DNA of 63,991 bases, the filler included, from Reticulomyxa filosa (taxonomy: Eukaryota; Protista; Foraminifera): assembly GCA_000512085.1 (NCBI GenBank). It is 20 parts of 20 records of this genome, joined end to end, with 100 filler letters (N's around TTAATTAATTAA, not from the genome) between each part and the next. Parts side by side here need not be neighbours in the genome. Positions count along the whole stretch, not along the records: positions 35,263 to 40,673 come from ASPP01017410.1; positions 40,774 to 41,898 come from ASPP01027214.1; positions 41,999 to 43,045 come from ASPP01043296.1; positions 43,146 to 45,371 come from ASPP01042436.1; positions 45,472 to 48,440 come from ASPP01022781.1; positions 48,541 to 50,216 come from ASPP01010473.1; positions 50,317 to 59,410 come from ASPP01006323.1; 13 more parts are not named here. The stretch is one strand, 5' to 3'. The position numbers were made by a program, and so were the translations under genes. The notes beneath the pieces are model-generated. The model made no database searches, was not told the DNA's origin, and saw only the letters and a program-made list of their open reading frames with translations. Positions 37,860-51,677 of this stretch are shown here, piece after piece; positions within the stretch are counted from its first letter, which is position 1; the number at the start of each line of letters is the position of its first letter.

Positions 37860-40595
37860 CAAAATTTGAGACAAGTATCAAACACTTGCATCAAATATAC
37901 TACCAATTTTGGCATTGTTGACTTCACTTCATCTTTGCTCGCAACCACAACAGTCATTTTCCAATTGCTCGACAGGTAGCCTATGTTATATATATGTGTG
38001 TATTCATCACAAGTGTTTCAAATGTTTTCCAATCACATTATAAAAAAATACTATAACTTGGAGCATAGGTTGCGAAGCTCACCACTTCAATCAATTATGA
38101 GCACATTACAAGGATATGGACTTTCAAAATACGATACCAATAATCCATAATCACTGCACGCCGTTGCTATCACTATTATTATTTTTGCTGAGGATTCACT
38201 TCAGCACCAATGACAATATTAATAGCAACAACTTGTAATTCCATTTGCACACCTTTAAATATCTATTCAAAAATTCATACCACATTATAAACATTTTTAT
38301 GTTAAATATGTACACATACTTTTTCAAGTAATGGACGCAATCACGATTACAGCATCAGATAGCAGGAAAGATGATAAGCGCACAAATTACCAATCAAATA
38401 CCTTAAGTTTTGTATTGGAATGCGCGAGTCAATTTCAATGATAATACCTCCGTCAAGTATGAACAATTGAACTAACTTGAAGGAAGATATTATTACTGAA
38501 AAGCTCTTCCACAAGAACTACCATTTCTTTGAGTAGCGGTCTTGCCAATGGCAGACCATTCCACTTTTTGAATCCAAGTAATTCGGTTTTTGGTAACCGA
38601 AAAATTCATTCGTATCCACAACAACCACTTCTTTGAGATGATAGAGTAGAGATGAAAGATGATAGAGGAGAGATGATAGAGAATAGAGAGTGCTCGACTG
38701 CTGACATAAAATATTGCCCACGTATTCACTCAACAGGGCCAACGCTACCAACACATTGGCAATATCCAACTTTTATTTTTATTGATCAAATAATGGAGCG
38801 ACTTTTATCGATTGGCACATGCGATCTTATTGTGTTTGTAATAAATGGCGCAACATTATTAGCCTCTTCAGTGCACACCAACAGCAGCAACACCCAAATA
38901 TCGGCACACAAACATCAGCCCAATATGTTGAAATAATTGATAAATGAATAGAGGAGAACATGGATTACGTTTCATGGTCGTCATCATTATAATCATCGTT
39001 GCACTTGACATTGTCACACACCGTCCAGCAGTTTCCATTGAGGGACACACTATGTGAAATCGTTAAGGATGCGCAAAATCGTCACTTATGTGTTTGAAGA
39101 GCCATAACCAAAGTAATATCGACAAACGATCTTTTTTTTCTTTTTAAAACAAATCCAACGATACATAATCTTTTTTTTTTTCTCCCATTTCTTCGATTAA
39201 TCCAATTGCTGCTGCTGTGATGATACCATAATGTCGATATCGTTTTGCTTTGTTTTTTGTGTGGCATTTTCACGTCTTTCTTTCTGGACCTTGATGCTGC
39301 CCGACTACGAATGAAAGCAACTTTTTTCAATCCAAAAAAATTTGAGACAAGTATTAAATACTTGCGATCAAATATGACACAAATTTGGCATTGTTTGCAC
39401 TTCGCTTCACTCTTGCTTGACATTGCAACCACCACAGAGACTTTCCAATTTCTTGATAGACAGATATTGTGTGCTTTGAAGACCTATGTTATATACATGC
39501 TTATTGTCATACATATTTCAATCACACTACAAAAAAACATTATAACTTGGAATATATGTTGTACATATAATCATAATGATAACTAGCTCACCACTTTCAA
39601 TCCATCATGAGCCACATAACACGATATGGACCTCCAATTTTTTTTTCAAAACATAATAACATGGTCCATAATTGATACACGCCATTCAATAGATATTTGT
39701 TCAATGACGAACAAATAAATTTATTGGATAAATGATAGATGCACTGTAGCGGCTTCCATGATTGGCATATTGGGCTTCCTCAGCAACAATTCGACTATGA
39801 GGTTGCCACTTTTGCCTTCATTTACTGCAGCCATCAATATTGCTACTGCTGCCGTTGCTGTTACAATTGCCATTATCGCTGGGAACTCACTGCAGCACTA
39901 ATGACAATACACACAGCAAAAAAGTTCCCATTAATTCCAAAACTTCGTTGATATATATTGGAATATCTATTACAATATTTCAAGCAACACATATCACATA
40001 CATAAAAATAAATAACCAATATACGTATAAAGATGTTGTATTGCTATTAGTTATTGAATATGTACATTTAAAAAAAATGTATACGTTAAACTTTTTTAAG
40101 CAATGGACCTAAATACAATTACAACGACAGGTGACATGAACCTGGAATAAGCGCGCATAAATGATCAACCGAATACGTGTGGAAAATGAGATGGGGTGCT
40201 CGACTGCAGATATAAAATGTTGTTCATGTATCCACTCAACAGGCCTAGTGCTACGAATACATTGCCAAATATCCATAATTCTTTCTTGATTCGCTAAATA
40301 ATGGAGTGACTTTTGAATTGTCCCAATTATCGACTGACACGATGGTGTTACTTTTTGTAACAAATGCGCAACAATATTAACTTTTCCGTAAGCATCAAAT
40401 CAAATCGTGGAATGCAGCAGCGGTACCCAAATATTAGAGCACACAGTACCAGTGCAATGTGTCGAAACCATTGATAAATGATAAAGAGTGCATGGACTGC
40501 GTTTCGTCGTTGCCACCATAAACATCACTGGTGCTTCGTTTGACATTGTCACACCAGTTAAGGAGTATCATTTCGGGACGCAATATGTGAAATTA
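37860..40595. repeat. Diverged direct tandem duplication, unit about 1.5 kb (probable pseudogene pair on the - strand)
   Basis: Collinear matches: AATTTGAGACAAGTAT (about 37863/39339), GTGCTCGACTGC..ACTCAACAGG (about 38689/40195), TTGACATTGTCACAC..TATGTGAAAT (about 39005/40539). Confidence 0.85.
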
Positions 40596-40789
40596 GTCCA
40601 TGCATACGATTGCGCAAGGCCACCACTGAATAGCCATTTTATAGTTGATGGATGGTCTTTTTAAAAAAAAAAANNNNNNNNNNNNNNNNNNNNNNNNNNN
40701 NNNNNNNNNNNNNNNNNTTAATTAATTAANNNNNNNNNNNNNNNNNNNNNNNNNNNNNNNNNNNNNNNNNNNNTACTTGAAGTATTTAT

Positions 40790-40930
40790 TCATCTAAATT
40801 ACTCAAAACATTCACTGGATACACAAATAGCGTGTATATTATTGATTATTCAATACTTGATTGTCATCAATTTATTTGTTCTGGGTCAAATGATAGAACA
40901 GTTCGTATGTGGTATGTTAAAGACAAAAAA
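40790..40930 (+). pseudogene. WD40 family fragment
   Basis: SSKLLKTFTGYTNSVYIIDYS..QFICSGSNDRTVRMWYV, with GH changed to GY and WD to WY; ends abruptly. Confidence 0.75.
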
Positions 40931-42011
40931 AAATCGAATTTTTGGAAATACAATTGATGTTGGCGATTTCAAAATTTTAACTTTCTCTTTTAAAAAACTT
41001 TATTTACAAAAATATGAAATCTATTCTCTTTCGTTTTTCGTTTTCTCCATTTGCATATACATCTGTTTTTGTGTTGAAACCAACATACAGCTTTTTTAAA
41101 AAATTAAAAAAGGACATGTATCAAGAATGGAAAAAAGCTTGGCCGACTGTTCAAAATGATGAAATTGCTCAAAGAGTATTCACAGAAAAGAGATTTCAAA
41201 AAGAGGATAGAAAATGCAGACTTGAAAAAGCATTGTCCGAGGAGTGAAACTCCAGTTTTATTGAGGTGAAACGTGCAGCTGCAGAAAAAGTAAAGAAAGA
41301 GATCTTAATGGAGAATATTGGATTACTGAAGAAATGCAACAAGTCATTGGTGGACCGTTGTTCCAATTTGAACACAGATGGACAACTTGAAAAAAAAAAA
41401 GGAGAGTTTCTTGAACGACTTGGAAAATTTACAATCGAAATGACGTATTAAAAAGTAGCAAGAGCCAAATTAAAAATTTTATTGAGATGCAATCACTCAT
41501 GACTGCGAATTATTTGTGCCCAAACTCACAAACTGCTTAATGCTTCAGCTCGCTTTGAGAATAGAGAGTTGAAATTGATACCAAACCTTGCTTTGCGACA
41601 CAAGATTAAATTTTTAAAGTCAAAGCAGTAACCAAGCTCTCATTCTCATTTCATTGACAGGGATTCTCACAAAATGTTAGTTGTTAAGTTTGCGGTCGAG
41701 TAATTATTGTATTGAATATAATGTCAGTTTCATTCAAAAGTGTGAATGTTATACGTTTTGATTTTGTTTGGTTTCGGTCAAGTGTTAAAAAGCGACAAAG
41801 CAATTCATTTAATCTATAGTATGCAATTATCTCTACTTAATTAAAAAAAAAAAATCAAAGAATGCACTTTGAATTATTTTTAGTGCCACTCTTTTTATNN
41901 NNNNNNNNNNNNNNNNNNNNNNNNNNNNNNNNNNNNNNNNNNTTAATTAATTAANNNNNNNNNNNNNNNNNNNNNNNNNNNNNNNNNNNNNNNNNNNNTT
42001 ACATTTTCGTG

Positions 42012-42210
42012 TTAATTAGCCTTAAGAGTACAAGTCCATATAATCAAGTGATCAGCTATTGAGTCTCCAAAATATTTACAGTTCGGATCTTCGCCACTTT
42101 CATCACAAATTGTATACTTCAATGGAGAATTGGATGTATGCCAAGTCATGGTGAGTGTGTGGTGATAGTCAGATCCCTCTGGCAGAACTGTTGGAACTGT
42201 GTTACCATTA
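42012..42210 (-). pseudogene. Class 3 lipase C-terminal fragment
   Basis: VPTVLPEGSDYHH..W..YTICDESGEDPNC..SIADHL (catalytic His region). No upstream GxSxG exon was recognised in the contig. Confidence 0.7.
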
Positions 42211-43145
42211 CATTCAACCCATAACATTAAGGAGTTTGCAAAGGATGCATTTTTTTTTTGCACGTAAATACAATATTTTTTAAAAAGCAATAAATAAATC
42301 CAAAAAAAAAAGCTTTGACAACAAACCTATGTCATGCATACTCACTATTCTAGTGAGTGTCAACAATTCCCATGAAATAATTGTAAAATAAAAGATGTTT
42401 TGAAATACCAACATTTTATCACGTGTAGTGCAATTAACTTAATAAAATCTTCAATGTTTTCTCCTAGTTACTGTGAATTCATAATTCGAGTGCAACCATT
42501 TACATAACACAAAAGAAATAAACAATTACATTAGAAACAAGCGCTTTCAGAGGACGTGGTACCACTGACTGACAAATATAAGTATCTGAGTACATTTCTC
42601 TAGAAAGGACGATTTATCATTGATGAATATCCGAACTATCCATTGAGACATATATATCGATAGAATGAATATAAACACTACCAAATAAGAAACACTCATT
42701 TCACGATGAAAAGATTTACAGTAATGAGTTCTCAATCAAACACTCTCTCAAAAATAGCAATCTTTGCTATGTTGTCATTACAACGTATAAATTTTTTGTT
42801 TTGCTTGGAAATGACTAATGTGAAAAAGACCAGCACATGTACAAATAATTTTCGATATTATTTGCGTTGGATAATGAGTATTATTACTATTTGAATACAC
42901 TTATCGCATTTCCAAGTTCAAGTGTCAGATCATATCGCTACTGTAATCGAAATATAGTTTGATGCCTACACTTGAATGTAATTTCATCATGCTTTGATTC
43001 TTTTTTTCTTATCTTTCAATCATAAAATATCTTTTTATCACATACNNNNNNNNNNNNNNNNNNNNNNNNNNNNNNNNNNNNNNNNNNNNTTAATTAATTA
43101 ANNNNNNNNNNNNNNNNNNNNNNNNNNNNNNNNNNNNNNNNNNNN

Positions 43146-43860
43146 TAGAATATCCAACAGTGGAAAGAAGTAAACGTCGACAAAGTTTGCAATTATTTTT
43201 AAAGTCAAGATCCTTCAAAGCAGACATAACGAAAAAAGTGAACCTCGAAAAGAAAAATATGACACCAATGGAAGAGCAGCTCGAGATTTTGGAAGAACAA
43301 AAGAAGGAGGAATGGAGTAAAATGATTGAAAAATATCAAGTGAATGATCATGTTGAAATATAGCTGCAGGACGAACAGGTTTATTTTATTCAAATGAATA
43401 AATGACATAAAAAAAATATGTACACATATAATACCTTTAATACGTATATACATGTATATGTATGTATATGTGAAAGGAACTGTTCGATTTATTTCGCCAA
43501 ATGGAATCAATAGCAATGGAAGCATTGGGATCGAGTTAGATGAACCACTTGCTCAAGGTCATGATGGCAAAGGCAAGTTTTTGACAAGACATAGCTATGT
43601 TGGATGACTTTTCGGACAATGCCAGGGATGACCGGCACCGACTGGGCGAGAGCGGAACCCCTTATTGGAGCGAGAGTTGGACACGTGGAATCCCAATGCT
43701 ACGACGGAGTCATTCAATGGACAGACCAAAATAGGCAGGGGCTTGCTCACTCGACGACAGTCAGTGTTGCAAGTGCTGTTGTCCAAATGGACGTAGAGCC
43801 ATTGTTCAAAGAAGAAGAAGAAGAAGAAGAAGAAGAAGAAGAAGCAAGAGGATGAGGAAG
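43146..43860 (+). pseudogene. CAP-Gly domain gene fragment, disrupted
   Basis: YQVNDHVEI..GRTG|TVRFI..IGIELDEPLAQGHDGKGKF, with a frameshift near 43360 and a stop near 43605. Confidence 0.65.
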
Positions 43861-45474
43861 AGGGGAAGGATCTCACGTTTTGTTGCATTCGGGTGAAGAA
43901 GGGATTACTCAGCAAACTGGTAAGGACATTCTTATTGTGACATTGATCGGAAGTAGCAGCAACTTCACCAACAAAGACGTGAAGCAAACTTGGGCAAATA
44001 TCAAACACCATTCTGAAACTATCAAAATCATTAAGAATATAGCAATCTGCTTGAAGCAATCACAAATTGAACTACAGCGACATGAGCAAATCATCAGTCT
44101 GCAAAAAAGTCTTTGAGAAAAAGCTGCACCGTCATTCTCGACACGGGTGATATATTGTACAAGGTTGTGTTTGTGGAGAGGAGTGAGGGAAATGTTTGAA
44201 CCATATTTTGAAGCAAGGATTCATAGTCTTTGAAAACTTTGACTTGACCAATTTGGGCACGCACTTTGTGGACAGGGATAAAATAACCATATTCTTCACG
44301 TTACTATTGCGTCCATTTGGATGTCACATAATCTTGATCTTCAAAGTCACGGGAAAAAGATTTCGGAGGAGCCCTGAAGTCCAAAAATAAAAATTGCATC
44401 GAAAATCAAAGGAGGAATGTGTGCGGCTTGGTCCGCTTTTTTTTTAATGGTAAAACAGATTTTTTGAACAATTGGCATTACAATACCAACGACTGCATTG
44501 TGAACAACAAGATTTACTTTGTCACCAAGCAAAGGTCGTAGATTCTTTGTTCGATCAGAAAGTACAAAGATGACAGTGCCAATGACGTTCCTTACTTGCT
44601 GTTCTGTCATCCAAAACTTATTTGGACAGATATTTGATAGACATCTGCTTAGCAAATTTCATAAAAAGTGAAAGCAACCGTGAAAACAGAGTAGCAAGTT
44701 CATTGAAATGATCGAGAAATTTGTAAAAATGTTCAGAGGTTCTTTTAGAATGTTACCAAAATAAGTATTGCCATAGTATTAATATCCCTAAAAGTTCAGT
44801 TATAAGAATTTCTTTTCTTCAATGATTGAATACTAGATTCACGAAGGGCAACATCTGAAGCAAATTGGTTTTTGGCTTGCCCCATTATTAGTCGGAATTT
44901 TTTTAGTTGGACAAAGTTTCCACGCTCACACTTGCGCGAATTCGAGAAAACAAAAAGGGAGCTGTTTATAATTAAGACGTTTTTTTGAAGAGTACATTAT
45001 TTTCGAATCCTCCTTGCAATATCAGAGAATTAGTTTTGATCATAAAATTATTTTAGCTGGTGACAACTGACAAAATAAGGCAACAATTCAAGTTCATCTT
45101 TTTTCCTTAGCTTGTTTCTGTAGTGAAGCCAAGTAAACAAAAGTGGTGATTTATACTTGAGAGTTGCAAGTTTATTACAAACCAATGGAATGATGGTGGC
45201 TGGCTATGAACTCTTTTTCAAAAAATTATTCTTCCACTAAAAAAAATTTGAAAAGAAAACGAGACTCTCAACAATATATGGGAGAACTGGACGCTCGTTC
45301 ATGCGAGTTTTTTGATCACGATGGCATCTATGACTTTGAGTTTAGCAGTGAGTCCAATGAACATCACTGTGNNNNNNNNNNNNNNNNNNNNNNNNNNNNN
45401 NNNNNNNNNNNNNNNTTAATTAATTAANNNNNNNNNNNNNNNNNNNNNNNNNNNNNNNNNNNNNNNNNNNNTGC

Positions 45475-45768
45475 GTGAATGATGAAGAAGTTGTTTGTCG
45501 TGATGTCAGGGATAAAAAATCTAAGGAATTAGATAAAAGTAAAAATACAAATAAAAATGATCATATACATATGAGAGAAACTGAATTACAAGAGAAAGAG
45601 GAAAAATCAAATAATTGGAATAATCTATTTTCAATTAAGGACCAGATGCTCGATGAAAATAACATAGATTCAATGCAACAACTTCAACAGCAAAAAAATG
45701 TAATAGAACATTTGGAATCTCTAGTCACTGACTACATGGATAAAAATAATGATTGTTTTGAAAAATAG
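45475..45768 (+). CDS. C-terminal fragment of an AT-rich coiled-coil hypothetical protein
   Basis: Open frame from the contig start; charged helical composition only. Confidence 0.3.
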   Translation: MNDEEVVCRDVRDKKSKELDKSKNTNKNDHIHMRETELQEKEEKSNNWNNLFSIKDQMLDENNIDSMQQLQQQKNVIEHLESLVTDYMDKNNDCFEK

Positions 45769-47081
45769 AAAAACTATAATGTGCACTTTTTATAAGTGTT
45801 TTTGAATATTTTCAATAAAATTAGTCCACACATAAGTCTAGTACGACAATGGTTAATTTCAAAAAACTTAAATGATAGACTAATGAAAATACCAATAGCA
45901 AAAAAGAGATACATGTATCTATTTAATCTTTAAAAGTAAATTCAATGAAAAAGCAACATTTAAAAAAATTAAAAATTTTCAAAAAAATACGCTTAAATAT
46001 TTGTTTTTCAAATAGAAAATCGATCATATGTATAAATTTTCAAATATTTAATGTAGATGTTACTGCATCTTTTGTCAGCGAATTTAAATTGTATACGATT
46101 TCTTGAGAAAAGAAAAAATTAACTTGTTGTTATCTAATTGTATGTTCAATAAGTATTATTTGATTGCTCAATTTCCTTTATTTTTCATTTAAAGTTGAAA
46201 TTTTTGCAGCAAAAACTAGGACAATTTTTTGTGATGAAACATAAAAAGTTTTTGTTTTCATAAAAATAAGACAAATATCGAATTCAAGTGTTTCTTTTCA
46301 TTTTCTTTGTTTGCCTTTTCAGATTCAAAAGTTTCAGTATGAATATCCATGCACTATGAAAGAAAACAGAAGAATTTGTAAGCTGTTAATGCTCACAAAT
46401 ATGTCTGAGTTTTTCAGTCTCCAAAATCAATCCATATAAACACCATACGGTTGATGTGGTGTAGAAAAAAAGTGAGTATTTTATTTGTATGGTTGTGTTC
46501 CTTTCCCTCATGAAGGTTTGCTCATGAACTTATTGAAGTAAATTGCATATGCACGAGTTCATTCAATTGTTTTTATTTTCATCATCTCCCAAACAAAATG
46601 TAATGTGGCAATAATTTTTATTGATAATGAAAAAATACTTTTCAAAAAAATATTACAAACATTTTTATTAAAAGAATTCTCTGCTGTGTGGATACTCTGA
46701 TTATCAATTTGCTGACAGAAAAAATACGATCGAACTAAAAAATGAAAAACACTTTTGCAATTACTTCTATAGAAACAATCTCAATTTCAGAAAAAAGGAA
46801 TATTTGATAAAAATGTCCTGAACCATGAAGAGGCAGGTCGTTCGTCTTTTTTTTTCCTATTCCTGATATGCACAGCGATAAAACTGCAATTTCAATTTAA
46901 ATGCATAAGTAAATGTAAGCCATGTTTATTTACGTTTCTAAGTGAGTTTGTGCTCAGCAAATGAAATGTAAAGCAATGTACTAATTTTCTTCACACGACT
47001 GTTAAAACTTGTTTCGCAACAAAGGTGCCCAAAAAGTAAAATTTTTTTTTTGGAAAAGGATTAATAAACCACAAAGCTGAG

Positions 47082-48290
47082 ATGTTGTCAAAAAAGAGAA
47101 AGTGTTCGACCCATTTGGAAGTTTCATTCATCCGAAGAGGAAGAAGAAACTTGGCTCTCCCGACTAGTCTAAGGATAGCCATCTAGCGACTCGAAAGCGA
47201 TTCTTCGGAACGACTTCGAAAGCAGTGGCAGAAGGGGAAAGCCAAGAGAAAAAGGAGAACAAGCGTATGTTTTGTGGCAGGCGAAAGGACGGTTGTAGAA
47301 AGAGAAACATACGTAGAATCTATGATCCCCCGAAAGATTGTGGAGGAATTGGACAGGTACATTATCGGGTAAAGCAAAAAGAGCAGTGGCAGTATCCTTA
47401 AGAAACCGTTGGCGACGGAGACAAAATGATGAACACAGCTGGACCCCAAAAAAACAAACAAATAAATAAATGAATAGTGTTACCAATGAATATATTGATG
47501 ATGGGATCGACGGGGACGGGCAAATTTCAGTACATTTTTATTCATTCTTTTTTTTTTTTTAATTAGTACGCATTGTTATGTTTCTCTAAGCCCCCAAAAA
47601 AAAACAACAAAAGCAAAAGCGATCCTTCCCCCCTTTCAATGACAACACAATAAAAAATTTCTTTTAAACAGACAGAAATTGCCAGAAGATTAGCGCAACA
47701 AGTTGACGATACGTGAAAATTTCATCTTTTTTTTTAAAAAAATTTGCTGAGAGGGACAAAGGGGTTTTTTGCCTTGAAATGTCGTATAAGCTCCATTTGT
47801 CAAAGTTGAAGCAACAAAATACACTGAAATTGGGATTGTTGGAGCAAATACAGGTTTTTGCGTGTTTTTTTTTGTTTTTCAAATAAACAACAACAACAAC
47901 AAAAATGATTAGCACATACATACATCATACAAGACACAAAAAAACACAAATGATATACATATATGCATATATGTATATAACCGTTGACTTTGATTTGGAC
48001 AAAATTAGAGGATTGCATAAAAGACTTGATGGACCGCTTGGTGAAATTGGAACGCGAAAAATACATCACGAAAATCAAAGAAGACATTGACAAAGCAGTG
48101 GAAAAACACATTTTGGGCCTCATTCCAGGAAGTGCGGCAGACATTGACAAACATCGACAAAAGTTGCGCGATGGGGAATATGACAACATCAAGATCGAGG
48201 TGGCATCCTTTCGATTGGAAAGACCCCCACAATTTCCAATGTTCAAAGGTGCAGGACTCAATATGATGCCATCTAGACCTCAGTTAAACA
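47082..48290 (+). pseudogene. hslU: HslU (ClpY) AAA+ ATPase, probably mitochondrial, disrupted and 3' partial
   Basis: MIPRKIVEELDRYIIG*..AKRAVAVSLRNRWRRRQ; VLPMNILMMGSTGTGK|TEIARRLAQQVD|APFVKVEATKYTEIGIVG; EDCIKDL..RQKLRDGEYDNIKIEV. In-frame TAA plus a small deletion near 47370, and two non-GT donors. Confidence 0.9.
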
Positions 48291-48396
48291 AACGATTGAG
48301 GAAAAAAATATATATACATATACATATATATGTATATATGTATATATATATTCATATAAGATCATTCAACAAAAAAAAAAAAAAAAAAAAAAAAAC

Positions 48397-48440
<44 letters not shown>

Positions 48441-49439
48441 NNNNNNNNNNNNNNNNNNNNNNNNNNNNNNNNNNNNNNNNNNNNTTAATTAATTAANNNN
48501 NNNNNNNNNNNNNNNNNNNNNNNNNNNNNNNNNNNNNNNNTTTTTTAAAAAAAGAATTATGCAGACAAAATGAAATCAGTTTATACAACTACTTACTTTA
48601 TGTAAGTAGTTCTATTATGATTAGTATTTACAAAGTAAATATATAAATGAAATGCAATTGATTTGGGCAACGATTAGTTATATTTTAAAGTTATAACTAT
48701 TAGTCTGAAATATATTTATATGTAATAGTTATATAACATTTATCAAATTTTTTATAATATTTTTAAAAATAAAATTTATATTATTTACTGTTGGAAAACT
48801 AATCGTTTTAATAACGAAATTTATATTAAAAATTAATTTTTTCGCATTTATAATTGAAAAAGTTTATGAACAAAATGTAATAAAATTCTTGATGTATTAG
48901 TTCTGTTGTGTTAAGAAAACAATAACATTGTACAGTGTGACAGCAAACAAAACAAAATATGCTTCCTTTCATTTTATTTCGATAGATAGAAAAAAAATTA
49001 GAAACAATTTAAAAAAAGTATATTATAACATGTGGAATTGATTGAATTAATATCTGTTTAATATTAATTATTTTCTTGGTACATTCGAGAAATATAGTTT
49101 TTACATTTGTTGAAAATTAAGAAGAAAGCAATACATATCAATACACTATCTAATTTTGTACAAAATATGAACTAGATTTTAAAGTTGTTTTTTGTTTCAT
49201 TGTCTTTTCAAAAAAAACAACGATGTATATGAATGTGCAAATTTAGAAATCGAGTTAACATTTTTATTATTTAGTCATTTTAATCAAAAGAACATTGATT
49301 CAAGCATAATCCAAATTGAAAATTTATCAGCTAATTCATAGCAAAAATATTCTCTTTACAAAGTAAACCTTTCGAAGGAAAAAGAGTGACAAAAATTTCT
49401 GGCGCTCATTTGGGTATATGAGCAAATTTTCGAATTTAT

Positions 49440-50216
49440 ATGTCAAATTTAACTCATTCAATACGATTTGACGGTGAGAAGCGCGATGAAGCAATATGTG
49501 AATTTGTTCATGAATTTGTTCATAAAGTAGCGCAAGTTGTTGTGGAGTCTCGTCGAATAATCAACGAGAAAGATACAATAGGAAAATCATGGCTGGATCT
49601 GCAAAATGTCCAAAGTAATCAGTGGTTTCGATTAGACACTCGTGAAGTAGCAAATGTGCGTTCACGAATTGATAAAGGTTGTGCTGGGTGGAATCCGCAG
49701 TATGCATCCTTTTCGTTGACGATAGGTACCATGTATTGTTTGATTTTTTTTTTTGATGAGGAGAAATGCGTGATACGCGTAATTGCGAGAAAAAAAATAA
49801 TAGTGCAGTATGTTTGAGAGCGTTTGTTTTATACATTTTTTTAATAAATTTAAAAAAAAAAAAAAAATTGGTGGTGTGACAATTGAATTGGCAGATATTT
49901 CATTATCATCGGAACACTTAGCGAAGCACGTGCTATTGGAGCGTTGGACGATAAACTTCAAAAATGAGATGAGCAATCGTTATGACCGTAGCACTCATAA
50001 CGATCCAAGTATGATCTACAAGCGCATGATCACACAAATACGAAGCATTTTAGTATATTTGCGATTGCTTCCAACGCATCAATTAGTACAAAGTTGGGAA
50101 TCAATTGTGAATGAGTATAGTATGCTTAATGTGGCACAGAGTGTATCCAGCGGTCATCTCAACGATCCTAAGACGAACGCAAATGCAAGTACAAATACAA
50201 ATACAAATACAAATAC
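49440..50216 (+). CDS. ATG13: Autophagy protein 13 (HORMA domain), 3' partial
   Basis: FVHKVAQVVVESR..NQWFRL..VLLERWTI..IYKRMITQIRSILVYLRLLPTHQL. GT-AG intron at about 49726-49894. Confidence 0.88.
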
Positions 50217-51677
50217 NNNNNNNNNNNNNNNNNNNNNNNNNNNNNNNNNNNNNNNNNNNNTTAATTAATTAANNNNNNNNNNNNNNNNNNNNNNNNNNNN
50301 NNNNNNNNNNNNNNNNTTTTTATTTTTCCTTTTTTCCTTTTATTTTTTCGTTATTTTTTTGTTTGCTGCGTTCGACGAGTGCTGGTAACAAAACTTTCTG
50401 CAACGATTGAATCATCTAACCTTTCTGACTTTGGGCAATCTTAAATGTATTGCTCCTCCTCAAAATTGTTAATAGAAAGTTTGAAGTTTCTTCATTGAGT
50501 TAGAAAGGGGAACTCTAGTCAATATTGTATCGAAAAAAAGTATCATTATGATTTTATCTTTCAGCAAGACAATTCAAGTTAAATTTAACTATGTAATTTT
50601 TGGAGAATCATCAAATTGCGCTATTAGAACATCATCCGATAATCTGTTGCAAATTATGAAGATGAAGATCTACTAAAATCATGATGTTATATTTTTGGAT
50701 TAGCTTTGATAAAGAATATTAAGATATTGATAAAGTTATTTGTAGAACGTTAGTGTAATCCATGCATGATATGATAAAAGCTTTGATCAAAGCAAGTGGT
50801 CATACGAAATGTTAAGAATTTTTGTTAGTTGTAACGATAGTTATTATATATACTGTGGAAGCATATTATTATAAATAATACATTCTGCTACCTACATCAA
50901 GGTGATTTGGATATGTTGCATCAATTCTGATTATTTTTGAAATTTTTTTTCTTATAATAACTTTTCTAAATTTTTGTTTATTGTTTTTACAAACTACTTA
51001 TAAAAGTTTAAACGTATATCTAGTAAACCATAAAAAATAATCACAATTGATATTAAAATTTTTGTTAGAAACACAAAAAGTTCATATTTAGTATTATCCA
51101 ATTTTTTTGATTTAAATTTATCAAATATAATATAAATTTTGAAATAATATATTTTCACATTAACTTAATTGTAGTATCTTCATAACTTCATATATTTGTT
51201 ACTATTGTTACATATCTATCACAATATGACACTAAAATTAGCTATTTATTTTTTATTAACTAAATTTCTGATTTTTATTTGGAAATTTCTTAATTTATTA
51301 AATGTATTTTATTATTTTATTGAAACCATCCGACAATGATCCTAGTTTTGGTTAATAGCTAATTCGAAATAAAAAAGATAAAATCACTTGTAAATAGCAT
51401 ATGTATAAGCGATTTGATACCTTCCATGTGAAATTACTTATCCCTTGATTGTTAATACCATTCCATATAAGTAAACTTTTTTGCTCAAAAACCATTTTAC
51501 AACTTGAAGTAATCAAGAGTTCATTTTTGTTTGCTTTTATAGTATTTTTTTTTGAATTTTTGCAACAATTTTGTCCTACAAATACGCAAATCTTACTAGA
51601 GATTATGATACGATGTACCAGTGCTTGTGTTTTCTTTCCATTTGTAAGTAAATAAATAGTTAAGAAAAAAGTTTACA

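Noticed and set aside
47330-48260. Bacterial contaminant or recent HGT for hslU
   Set aside because: It contains host-style spliceosomal introns and a basic presequence-like N-terminus.
50317-51660. Short ORFs in very AT-rich intergenic DNA (also 48541-49400 and 61312-62410)
   Set aside because: Composition-driven F/I/K/N-rich frames with no recognisable motif.
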